A stretch of 32,000 nt of DNA from Pseudodesulfovibrio mercurii (GTDB lineage: Bacteria; Desulfobacterota; Desulfovibrionia; Desulfovibrionales; Desulfovibrionaceae). Positions 25,835-32,000 of the stretch are shown here, piece by piece. The stretch lies in the NCBI RefSeq assembly GCF_000189295.2, contig NC_016803.1:60001-92000 (forward strand). The letters run 5' to 3'. The notes beneath the pieces are model-generated. The model was given only the letters and a program-made list of their open reading frames with translations, was not told where the DNA came from and made no database searches. Positions within the stretch are counted from its first letter, which is position 1, and the number at the start of each line of letters is the position of its first letter. Both the position numbers and the translations under genes were made by a program.

Positions 25835-26626
25835 TCAGTCCAGGAAGGTCTTGATGACCAGTTCGATCTTGTCGCCGCCGTAGCGGGTGATGCCGAAGTC
25901 CACGGGCACGCCCAGCTCGTCCACGTTGACCGATTTGGTCTCCAGCACCGGGCGGTGCCGGGTCAGGCCGAGGAGCCGGGCCTCCTCCGTGGTCGGCTGG
26001 CGGGTCAGGATGCGGGTCTCCTCGCGGAAGTAGTCGGCCACGCCGTGGGCGTCGAGGCAGCGGGTGATGGAGCCGGTTTCACGGAAGGTCTCGTGGATTC
26101 CGGCGAAGCGCGGCCTGGGGAAGTAGTGGGTGGTCAGAGACAGGGGGCGGCCCTCGGCCTCGCGCAGGATTTCGAGCCTGGAGACCTGGGCTTCGGGTCG
26201 TATCTGGAGGGCCCTGGACACGGCCTCCCCGGCCTCCACCACGGCATGGCCGATGAGCACGCCGCCGTGGGAGCGGTTCAGCCGGTTCAGGTTGTCGCTG
26301 AACCGCGTGCGCCGCGAGACCATGTACTCGACCACGTGCTCGCTGACAAAGGTGCCCCTGCCTTTCTCGGACCGGACCAAATCGCGTTCCTGGAGGTGGG
26401 ACAGGGCGCGGCGGACCGTGTGCCGGTTGACGCCGTACCACTTGGCCAGGGTGCTCTCGGCGGGCAGTTGGTCGCCCCGGAGGAAGCGGCCCCGCAGAAT
26501 CTCCCGCTCCAGGGCCGCCGCGATCTGCCGCCACAGGGGGGAGCGGAGGTTGCGGTCCAGGGAAAATCGCCGGTCGGCGTCGTCGGCAGGGTAATGCAGT
26601 CCGCTCATGGGTTCGGTCCATGACAT
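25835..26626 (-). CDS. phnF: GntR/HutC-family regulator (PhnF-like) with UTRA effector domain
   Basis: PLWRQIAAALEREILRGRFLRGDQLPAESTLAKWYGVNRHTVRRALSHLQERDLV (wHTH) plus a C-terminal UTRA-like domain. The track start at 26629 is TTG; the first ATG is at 26626, with ATG 26608 as an alternative. Confidence 0.8.
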   Translation of the reverse strand: MSWTEPMSGLHYPADDADRRFSLDRNLRSPLWRQIAAALEREILRGRFLRGDQLPAESTLAKWYGVNRHTVRRALSHLQERDLVRSEKGRGTFVSEHVVEYMVSRRTRFSDNLNRLNRSHGGVLIGHAVVEAGEAVSRALQIRPEAQVSRLEILREAEGRPLSLTTHYFPRPRFAGIHETFRETGSITRCLDAHGVADYFREETRILTRQPTTEEARLLGLTRHRPVLETKSVNVDELGVPVDFGITRYGGDKIELVIKTFLD

Positions 26627-26809
26627 CAAATCGAGTGATTGTCTGTACCGGTGGCGTTACGATTTTCGGGGGGCGGTCCGCCCTTGCGCATGAAGATAAA
26701 CGATAGTAAGTGCTTGCTTGGGTACGTGTTCGGACTGCCATGGTCCGGGACACGGCCCGGCGTCCACGGCCATTCCGGACCTGTCGTACAACATGCGAGA
26801 ACCGAGACG

Positions 26810-28501
26810 ATGCAGTATACCGATTCCCTGCCCGCGCACAACGCGGAGAACCTGCTGGTCCATTTCCGCCGGGTGGAGCTCCTCAAGGAGCGGGCCACCG
26901 AGTTCAAGTCCGTCAACCTGAATCCCCGCCAGCTCTGCGACCTGGAGATGCTCCTCAACCGGGCCTTCTACCCCCTGGACGGCTACCTCGGCCGGAAGGA
27001 CTACGAGTCGGTCCTGGAGAGCATGCGCCTGAGCGACGGGACCCTGTGGCCCCTGCCCCTGTGCCTGGGCGTGAGCGCGGAGTTCGCCGCGAGCCTGACG
27101 CCGGGCGAGAGCGTGGCCGTGCGCGACGCCGAGGGGTTTATGCTCGCCGTGCTGACCGTGTCCGAGGTCTGGAAGCCGGACCTTGCGGCCGAGGCCGCGG
27201 CCATCCGGGGCGAGGGCGCGCTGCCCGGACCGGAGGACGGCTGCTCCTGCGGCCTGGCCGAACCGTGGTACATCGGCGGCCGGGTGGAGGGCGTGTCCTT
27301 CCCCCAGCGCTACGACTTCACCGAGATCCGCCTGACCCCGGCCGAGGTCCAGCGATCCTTCGTCCAGAAGGGATGGCGCAAGGTCCTGGCCGTGCAGGCG
27401 GGCAGGCCGCTGCACAAGGCGGACCGGGCCATGCTCGAGGAGATCGCCCGGGACCAGGGGGCCAGCCTGCTGCTCTCGCCCCTGCTCAAGCCGTCCATGT
27501 ATTTCAGCGTGTCCCACTTCAGCCTGGTGCGCAGCTTCCAGCAGTTCACCGAGACCTTTCCCCGGAGCATGGCCAAGCTGAACCTGACCCCGTGGTTCGA
27601 GCGCCACATGGGTCCGCGGGGCGCGCTGCTCCGGGCCATCGTCAACAAGAACTACGGCTGCACCCACATGCTCGTCTGGGACGCCGCCAAGGCCGAGCCG
27701 AGGCAGAACGCCCTGTCCGAGGAGTACGAGGCGCACATCCGCTGGCTCATGGACCATGCGGCGGACACCGGCATCACCCCGGTGGCCGAGCACTGCATGG
27801 CCCTGGACCGGGCCTCGGGCCAATACGTGCGCTCGGACACGGGCGGGCTGTGCGCCAACGACCACGACGCGGTGGTGGACCTGCTCTCGCGCGGCGAGCC
27901 CGTGCCGGACTGGATGTCCTTCCCCGGCGTGCTCAAGGAGCTGTCGCGCACGTACAAGCCGCGCCGGGAGCAGGGGTTCACCCTGTTCTTCACCGGCCTG
28001 TCCGGGGCGGGCAAGTCCACCCTGGCCAAGGTCCTGTTCGTCAAGCTCCTGGAGCTGAACAGCCGCCCCGTGTCCCTGCTCGACGGCGACATCGTGCGCA
28101 CCAACCTGTCCAGCGAGCTGTCCTTCAGCAAGGAGCACCGCAACCTGAACGTGACCCGCATCGGCTTCGTGGCCAGCGAGATCGTCAAGAACGGCGGGGT
28201 GGCCATCTGCGCGCCCATCGCGCCCTACGCCGAGTCCCGGCGGCACGCCAGGGCGGCGGTGGAGGAGTACGGCGGGTTCATCGAGATCCACGTCAGCACG
28301 CCGCTGGCCGTCTGCGAGCAGCGCGACCGCAAGGGCATCTACGCCAAGGCCAGGGCGGGCATCATCAAGGGGCTGACCGGCGTGGACGACCCGTACATCG
28401 AGCCCGAGAACCCGGAGCTGCGCATCGACACCTCGGAGCTGACCCCCAACGAGGCGGCCCACGAGGTCCTGCTCTACCTGAGCGAGCACAAGTACCTCTG
28501 A
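26810..28501 (+). CDS. cysC: Adenylylsulfate (APS) kinase fused to an N-terminal ATP-sulfurylase-like domain with degenerate catalytic motifs
   Basis: The start is ATG 26810 (MQYTDSL). N-domain: LCDLEMLLNRAFYPLDGYL...LWPLPLCL...NYGCTHMLV. C-domain is a canonical APS kinase: FFTGLSGAGKSTLA, LLDGDIVRTNLS, RDRKGIYAKARAG and LTGVDDPYIEP. Confidence 0.85.
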   Translation: MQYTDSLPAHNAENLLVHFRRVELLKERATEFKSVNLNPRQLCDLEMLLNRAFYPLDGYLGRKDYESVLESMRLSDGTLWPLPLCLGVSAEFAASLTPGESVAVRDAEGFMLAVLTVSEVWKPDLAAEAAAIRGEGALPGPEDGCSCGLAEPWYIGGRVEGVSFPQRYDFTEIRLTPAEVQRSFVQKGWRKVLAVQAGRPLHKADRAMLEEIARDQGASLLLSPLLKPSMYFSVSHFSLVRSFQQFTETFPRSMAKLNLTPWFERHMGPRGALLRAIVNKNYGCTHMLVWDAAKAEPRQNALSEEYEAHIRWLMDHAADTGITPVAEHCMALDRASGQYVRSDTGGLCANDHDAVVDLLSRGEPVPDWMSFPGVLKELSRTYKPRREQGFTLFFTGLSGAGKSTLAKVLFVKLLELNSRPVSLLDGDIVRTNLSSELSFSKEHRNLNVTRIGFVASEIVKNGGVAICAPIAPYAESRRHARAAVEEYGGFIEIHVSTPLAVCEQRDRKGIYAKARAGIIKGLTGVDDPYIEPENPELRIDTSELTPNEAAHEVLLYLSEHKYL

Positions 28502-28632
28502 TCGCGGGAACGCGCCCCCGGATGGCCGTGGGTATGTCCTTGTATTCAGGGTGGTTGTGGCATCCATTTCGGCGCGGCTGGCGGACGGTGTCCGGGGCGG
28601 CGGGCCCGGTCCGGTCCGGGAGTGTGCCGGAA

Positions 28633-28647
28633 GGTATTGAAATTGCA
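28633..28647 (+). promoter_or_regulatory. Weak candidate sigma-54 promoter upstream of the PilZ gene
   Basis: AGGTATTGAAATTGCA against the consensus TGGCAC-N5-TTGCA. GG and GC have the correct spacing, and it lies about 58 nt upstream of the ATG. Confidence 0.25.
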
Positions 28648-28704
28648 GAGGGTCCGGAGTAGAGGCAACGAGCGTCAACCTCTTGAACCGCGACCGGTGG
28701 TAAG

Positions 28705-29688
28705 ATGGTCCGATTCCTGGCCCAGTCCAATTACCTGCGCGAGGTGCAGCGCACCTTCGGCGGCGGCTATTTCAACGTCTCGGAACTGCTGTTCCGAACG
28801 CTGTCCGTGGCCGTTCCCATGGTCGTGGTCTACGTCCTGTGGCGCTACCGGCTGCTCATCCTGCACGTGCTCGGACGCTGGGCGGCCCGGTTGCTCCGGC
28901 GGCGCAAGCGCCGCGCCGTGGAGAACTACCTGGTTTCGCGGGGCGTGGTCCTGGAGGTCTGCCTGTACACGGGCGGGGCGGTGGGCCGGAAGCTCTGCGA
29001 CGCGCGCGTGGCCAGCGTGGCCGGGGGCAAGATGCAGCTCCAGCTGCTCGACGCGAACCCCACCTTCACCCAGCTCAAGTACCAGCCGGTCATCTGCTTC
29101 ACCCGGCCCTTCGCCTATGCGGGCAGCCGCATCAACGCCTTCGTCACCCTGGTGGCCCGCGTGCGCAAGCGCGGCGTGGTCCTCAAGGAACTGAGCCTGC
29201 TCACGCCGGTGCGTTACCGGTTCATTTTGCGGCGGCGGCACTCCCGCCAGCGGGTCGCCCGCGAGGGCGCGGTCCGGGTCAAGGCGTGGAGCGGCGCCAG
29301 GGCGCGGACCTTCTGGATGCTCCGCCCGGAGCTGCAGACCGTGAACAACCCGGCCCGCTACGACGACAGCACCCGGCTGGCCGTGGAGAACATCTCGGCG
29401 GGCGGCATGCGTCTGTACATCGTCAATCCCAAGGGGGGGATGCCGCCCCTGGACAAGGGCAGCCAGCTGGTCCTGCGGGTCAGCGTGTGGAGCCCGAAGA
29501 CGCGCAAGTACTCGTTTTTCACGGTGCTGGGCGCCATCCGCAGCCGTTTTTCCGGGCGGGGCGGGGCCATCGGGCTGGGCGTCCAGTTCGTGGCCGAGGG
29601 CGAAAAGGTGAACAACCGCTACACGTGGCACGCCGTGCACGGCGAGATTCCGGCCCTGGCGCGGTTCCTGGCCGGCATCGAGGAATAG
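28705..29688 (+). CDS. PilZ domain-containing protein (putative c-di-GMP receptor) with an N-terminal TM helix
   Basis: The PilZ signatures are RRRHSRQR (RxxxR) and ENISAGGMRL (D/NxSxxG). The N-terminal hydrophobic helix is LSVAVPMVVVYVLWRYRLLIL. GGTGG lies upstream of the ATG. Confidence 0.75.
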   Translation: MVRFLAQSNYLREVQRTFGGGYFNVSELLFRTLSVAVPMVVVYVLWRYRLLILHVLGRWAARLLRRRKRRAVENYLVSRGVVLEVCLYTGGAVGRKLCDARVASVAGGKMQLQLLDANPTFTQLKYQPVICFTRPFAYAGSRINAFVTLVARVRKRGVVLKELSLLTPVRYRFILRRRHSRQRVAREGAVRVKAWSGARARTFWMLRPELQTVNNPARYDDSTRLAVENISAGGMRLYIVNPKGGMPPLDKGSQLVLRVSVWSPKTRKYSFFTVLGAIRSRFSGRGGAIGLGVQFVAEGEKVNNRYTWHAVHGEIPALARFLAGIEE

Positions 29689-29689
29689 G

Positions 29690-30121
29690 CTATTTCTTGC
29701 GGCACTCCGGGCACAGGCCGTAGAGATACATCTTGTGGCGCAGGAGGGTGAAGCCGTGCTCCCTGGCCAGCTGCTCCTGGCGGCGCTCGATGACCTCGTC
29801 CACGATCTCGATGTTCTTGCCGCAGTTCTCGCAGATGAGGTGATCGTGGTGGTCCTTGCCGTAGCAGGGCTCGTAGCGGGTCACGCCGTCGGCGAAGTCC
29901 AGGGGCTCGATCAGCCCGGAGTCGCTGAGCAGCTTGAGGGTTCGGTAGACCGTGGCCTGGCCGATGGAGGCGTCCCGTTTCTTGACCAGGGCGTAGAGCT
30001 CCTCGGAGGAGAGGTGGTCATTCTTCCTGAGCAGGGTATCGAGGATGACCCGCCGCTGGGGGGTCATCTTCAGGTTCTCGGCGGCCAGGTATTCGGCAAA
30101 GACTTCTTGCGGGGTTTTCAT
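29690..30121 (-). CDS. Fur-family metalloregulator (Fur/PerR/Zur type not resolved)
   Basis: TPQRRVILDTLL...IGQATVYRTLKLL...DHHDHLICENCGK...LYGLCPECRKK, i.e. HHDH plus two CxxC pairs. Confidence 0.85.
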   Translation of the reverse strand: MKTPQEVFAEYLAAENLKMTPQRRVILDTLLRKNDHLSSEELYALVKKRDASIGQATVYRTLKLLSDSGLIEPLDFADGVTRYEPCYGKDHHDHLICENCGKNIEIVDEVIERRQEQLAREHGFTLLRHKMYLYGLCPECRKK

Positions 30122-30143
30122 GGGATATCCCGTCGTTTTGTTT

Positions 30144-30159
30144 GAATTTCAGTCAATTC
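30144..30159. promoter_or_regulatory. Inverted repeat GAATT-N6-AATTC over the predicted start site of the Fur-family gene
   Basis: It lies just downstream of a minus-strand TTGACA (30185-30190)-N17-TATGGG (30162-30167) promoter candidate. Confidence 0.25.
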
Positions 30160-30248
30160 TTCCCATACGTGAAGCGCCACAAGGTGTCAAACGCGAATGC
30201 ATCCGGCGGGGAATAGCCCCGGCCTTCCGCCCGATCCCCTTTTGTTCC

Positions 30249-30277
30249 TTGACATTCCGGGATACGGTTTCTACAAA
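30249..30277 (+). promoter_or_regulatory. Candidate promoter of tRNA-Ser(UGA)
   Basis: TTGACA-N17-TACAAA, about 43 nt upstream of the tRNA 5' end. Confidence 0.5.
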
Positions 30278-30320
30278 CGGTATCCCACAAATCGGCGTCC
30301 CACCCCGCGCCGATCCCAAA

Positions 30321-30412
30321 GGAGAGGTGGCAGAGCTCGGTTTAATGCGCTGGTCTTGAAAACCAGAGACGGGGCGACTCGTCCGGGGGTTCGAATCCCT
30401 CCCTCTCCGCCA
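30321..30412 (+). tRNA. tRNA-Ser (anticodon UGA), CCA encoded
   Basis: Acceptor stem GGAGAGG/CCTCTCC; anticodon stem-loop CTGGT-CTTGAAA-ACCAG; long variable arm; T loop TTCGAAT. Confidence 0.95.
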
Positions 30413-30420
30413 GGAATATC

Positions 30421-30458
30421 AGTGGCTTGTCTCGAATGAGATAAGCCACTTTTTTATT
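30421..30458 (+). terminator. Rho-independent terminator after tRNA-Ser(UGA)
   Basis: 13-bp stem AGTGGCTTGTCTC / GAGATAAGCCACT (one G-U pair), GAAT loop, then TTTTTTATT. Confidence 0.8.
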
Positions 30459-30553
30459 GGTGCGTTACGGTAAAACGTGTCCGGCGTTTGCGCCGGGGGG
30501 GCGCTGTCGTCCGGTTCTGGGAGGGGGCACCGATAGTTATGCTTTTCCCATGC

Positions 30554-30587
30554 AAAACGGCACCTGAAGGATTTCAGGTGCCGTTTT
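30554..30587 (-). terminator. Rho-independent, potentially bidirectional terminator downstream of the ferredoxin gene
   Basis: Perfect 15-bp stem AAAACGGCACCTGAA / TTCAGGTGCCGTTTT with a 4-nt loop. A and T runs flank it on both sides. It lies 46 nt after the ferredoxin stop. Confidence 0.75.
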
Positions 30588-30633
30588 GGGACCGACCGGC
30601 GGTCAGGGAGACCTCCGGATCGGGGAATTGCCG

Positions 30634-30810
30634 CTACTCCTCTTCGCTGATCGCGTTGAAGCCGCATTCGGCTTCGCAGGAGCCGCAGTCGATGCAGTCT
30701 TCGGTGATCTCGTAGTAGTTTTTGCCCTCGGGGTGGATGATGGCGTCGGAAGGACAGACGCTCTGGCAGGCGCCGCAGAACTGACATTCATCGGGATTGA
30801 TCTTATGCAT
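30634..30810 (-). CDS. Small 2x[4Fe-4S] ferredoxin, 58 aa
   Basis: The start is ATG 30810 (GAGAGGAGA upstream). The two cluster motifs are CQFCGACQSVCP and CIDCGSCEAEC. Confidence 0.9.
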   Translation of the reverse strand: MHKINPDECQFCGACQSVCPSDAIIHPEGKNYYEITEDCIDCGSCEAECGFNAISEEE

Positions 30811-30823
30811 TTTTTCTCCTCTC

Positions 30824-30842
30824 AAAAATGATAATAACCATA
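30824..30842. promoter_or_regulatory. Fur-box-like sequence in the ferredoxin 5' leader
   Basis: AAAAATGATAATAACCATA matches the 19-bp E. coli Fur consensus GATAATGATAATCATTATC at 13/19 positions, including a contiguous AATGATAAT. Confidence 0.3.
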
Positions 30843-30860
30843 TGTATTTCAAAGCGAAAA

Positions 30861-30888
30861 GATATACGTCCGAATAACGGGGTGTCAA
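30861..30888 (-). promoter_or_regulatory. Candidate sigma-70 promoter of the ferredoxin gene
   Basis: The minus strand reads TTGACA-N16-TATATC within an AT-rich patch. Confidence 0.5.
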
Positions 30889-31346
30889 TCAAAACCTGTG
30901 GACCGTTTTCCGTTTGGAACGCGGAGGAGGGGCCTGCTACAAGAATGAAGGCTGTTCATATTTGGTCAAGAATGTCGAGTTGTTCACAGGGGCGCAGAGG
31001 GTGCCTAATTCTGCCGAATTTGTCATTCGCGTCGTCGCCCACGCGGAAGGGTTTCCGATCGGAAAGCGCGCGTTGAAGAAAAAATGCAGTGCCGAAGCGT
31101 TTTTTCGGAGGAAACGCGGAGGGCGGGGAACGGCCGTTTTTTCATTTCTCGGCTCCTTGGTCTGCGGCCGGGTTTGCGGACGTCCGGATGTCCCGGCGGT
31201 GGAGCTTTTCCGCCGCCGTTTTTACACTTTTTTACAATTTCTGAGTATCCTTTAACCCCTCTGGACCGAAGAATACCCTATGGTGCTTGCACCAAGCGGG
31301 CGATGTCGCCCGTGAACGTACAACCGTAAGGCATTTTGGAGTCCAT

Positions 31347-32000
31347 ATGAAATGGTTATACAAGGCGGCCGCCGTTCTCGTCCTCGTCGGGCTGGGCGTG
31401 GGCGTCAAGCTGTACTTCTTTCCCGCATCGGCGCCCATGCAGTATCTGACCTCGCCCGTGACCCGGGGCGACGTCCAGGAGACGGTCCTGGCCACCGGGA
31501 CCCTGACGGCCTTCAAGCAGGTCAGCGTGGGCGCCCAGGCCTCGGGCCAGGTCAACTCCCTCAAGGTGGAGCTGGGCGACGCGGTCAAGGAGGGCGACCT
31601 CATCGCCGAGATCGACGCCCAGTCCCAGGAGAACGCCCTGCGCATCGCCGAGGCCGACCTGGAGAAGATCAAGGCCGAGCGGGCAGCCAAGGTGGCCACC
31701 CTGCAACAGGCCCAGTCCGAGTACACCCGCCAGCAGAAGATGCTCAAGTCCAAGGCCACCTCGCGCCAGGATTACGAGGACGCCCAGGCCACCCTGGCCG
31801 AGACCAGGGCGGACATCGCCTCCCTGGACGCCCAGATCGTGGCCGCGGCCATCGACGTGGACACGGCCAGGGTTGACCTCGGCTACACCAAGATCACCGC
31901 GCCCATGGACGGGGTGGTGGTGGCGGTCGTCACCAAGGAGGGCCAGACCGTGAACGCGGCCCAGTCCACGCCGACCATCGTCAAGCTGGCCCAGCTCGAC
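31347..32000 (+). CDS. macA: Efflux transporter periplasmic adaptor (MacA-like, HlyD/RND MFP family), 3'-truncated by window edge
   Basis: Missing from the ORF track because no stop is reached. My own translation from ATG 31347 (GGAG upstream) gives MKWLYKAAAVLVLVGLGVGVKLYFF...VTRGDVQETVLATGTLTAFKQVSVGAQASGQVNSLKVELGDAVKEGDLIAEID, which closely parallels E. coli MacA. Confidence 0.85.
   Translation, partial: MKWLYKAAAVLVLVGLGVGVKLYFFPASAPMQYLTSPVTRGDVQETVLATGTLTAFKQVSVGAQASGQVNSLKVELGDAVKEGDLIAEIDAQSQENALRIAEADLEKIKAERAAKVATLQQAQSEYTRQQKMLKSKATSRQDYEDAQATLAETRADIASLDAQIVAAAIDVDTARVDLGYTKITAPMDGVVVAVVTKEGQTVNAAQSTPTIVKLAQLD

Noticed and set aside
26639-28678. Upstream extension of the Sat-like/CysC ORF, the 673-aa antisense ORF and the 650-aa +1 frame ORF
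   Set aside because: The extension crosses the phnF promoter region and has no homology. The other two are shadow ORFs.
28675-29723. 321-aa antisense ORF and 294-aa shifted ORF over the PilZ gene
   Set aside because: They have shadow-ORF composition, and the chosen frame carries both PilZ motifs.
30321-30412. Possibility that the second long-arm tRNA is tRNA-Sec
   Set aside because: The anticodon loop CTTGAAA gives anticodon UGA (Ser, reads UCN), not UCA. The acceptor and T-arm geometry is ordinary type II tRNA-Ser.
30828-31329. Small ORFs in the ferredoxin-macA spacer (30828..31076, 30914..31255 and 31084..31329)
   Set aside because: They have no ribosome-binding sites, odd Cys/Arg/Gly-rich composition and mutual overlap, so they are most likely non-coding.

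Overview
High-GC chromosomal segment. Gene content (DsrE-like protein, small 2x[4Fe-4S] ferredoxin, Sat-like/APS kinase, csrA-fliW flagellar module) suggests a Desulfovibrionaceae-type sulfate reducer; this taxonomic call is an inference. About 29 protein genes are supported. They are flgK (5'-truncated), flgL, csrA and fliW, convergent with a sigma-28-type operon (unknown gene plus flgM); nadK coupled to a large DUF89-like protein; mltA, a DUF4254-like gene and gatB; mtnA; der; a marR-hlyD-ABC(2xNBD)-permease-permease (ybhGFSR-like) operon; a DsrE/COG1416-like gene overlapping a POTRA-less Omp85-type barrel; phnM, phnDCE and phnF; a degenerate ATP-sulfurylase-like/APS kinase fusion; a PilZ protein; a Fur-family regulator; a ferredoxin; and macA (3'-truncated). 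There are also two tRNA-Ser genes (GCU, UGA), three clear rho-independent terminators and one roughly 260-bp MITE/REP-like inverted-repeat element. I see no rRNA, CRISPR array, integrase, transposase, toxin-antitoxin pair or recognisable defence island, so this looks like core genome. The many long 'ORFs' rich in R/G/P/H/A/D on opposite or shifted frames are high-GC shadow ORFs. The best candidates for undescribed biology are: (1) an Asp-box (SxDxGxTW) module present once in the visible part of FlgK and twice in FlgL; (2) the translationally coupled DsrE-like/Omp85-like pair under a symmetric divergent promoter shared with marR; (3) a 587-aa protein with a degenerate DUF89-like core coupled to NAD kinase; (4) an orphan phnM with a phnDCE transporter but no C-P lyase core; (5) an APS kinase whose sulfurylase-like domain has lost both catalytic motifs; (6) an unknown sigma-28-driven gene upstream of flgM. 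All functional calls rest on motif recognition by eye; no database search was run.
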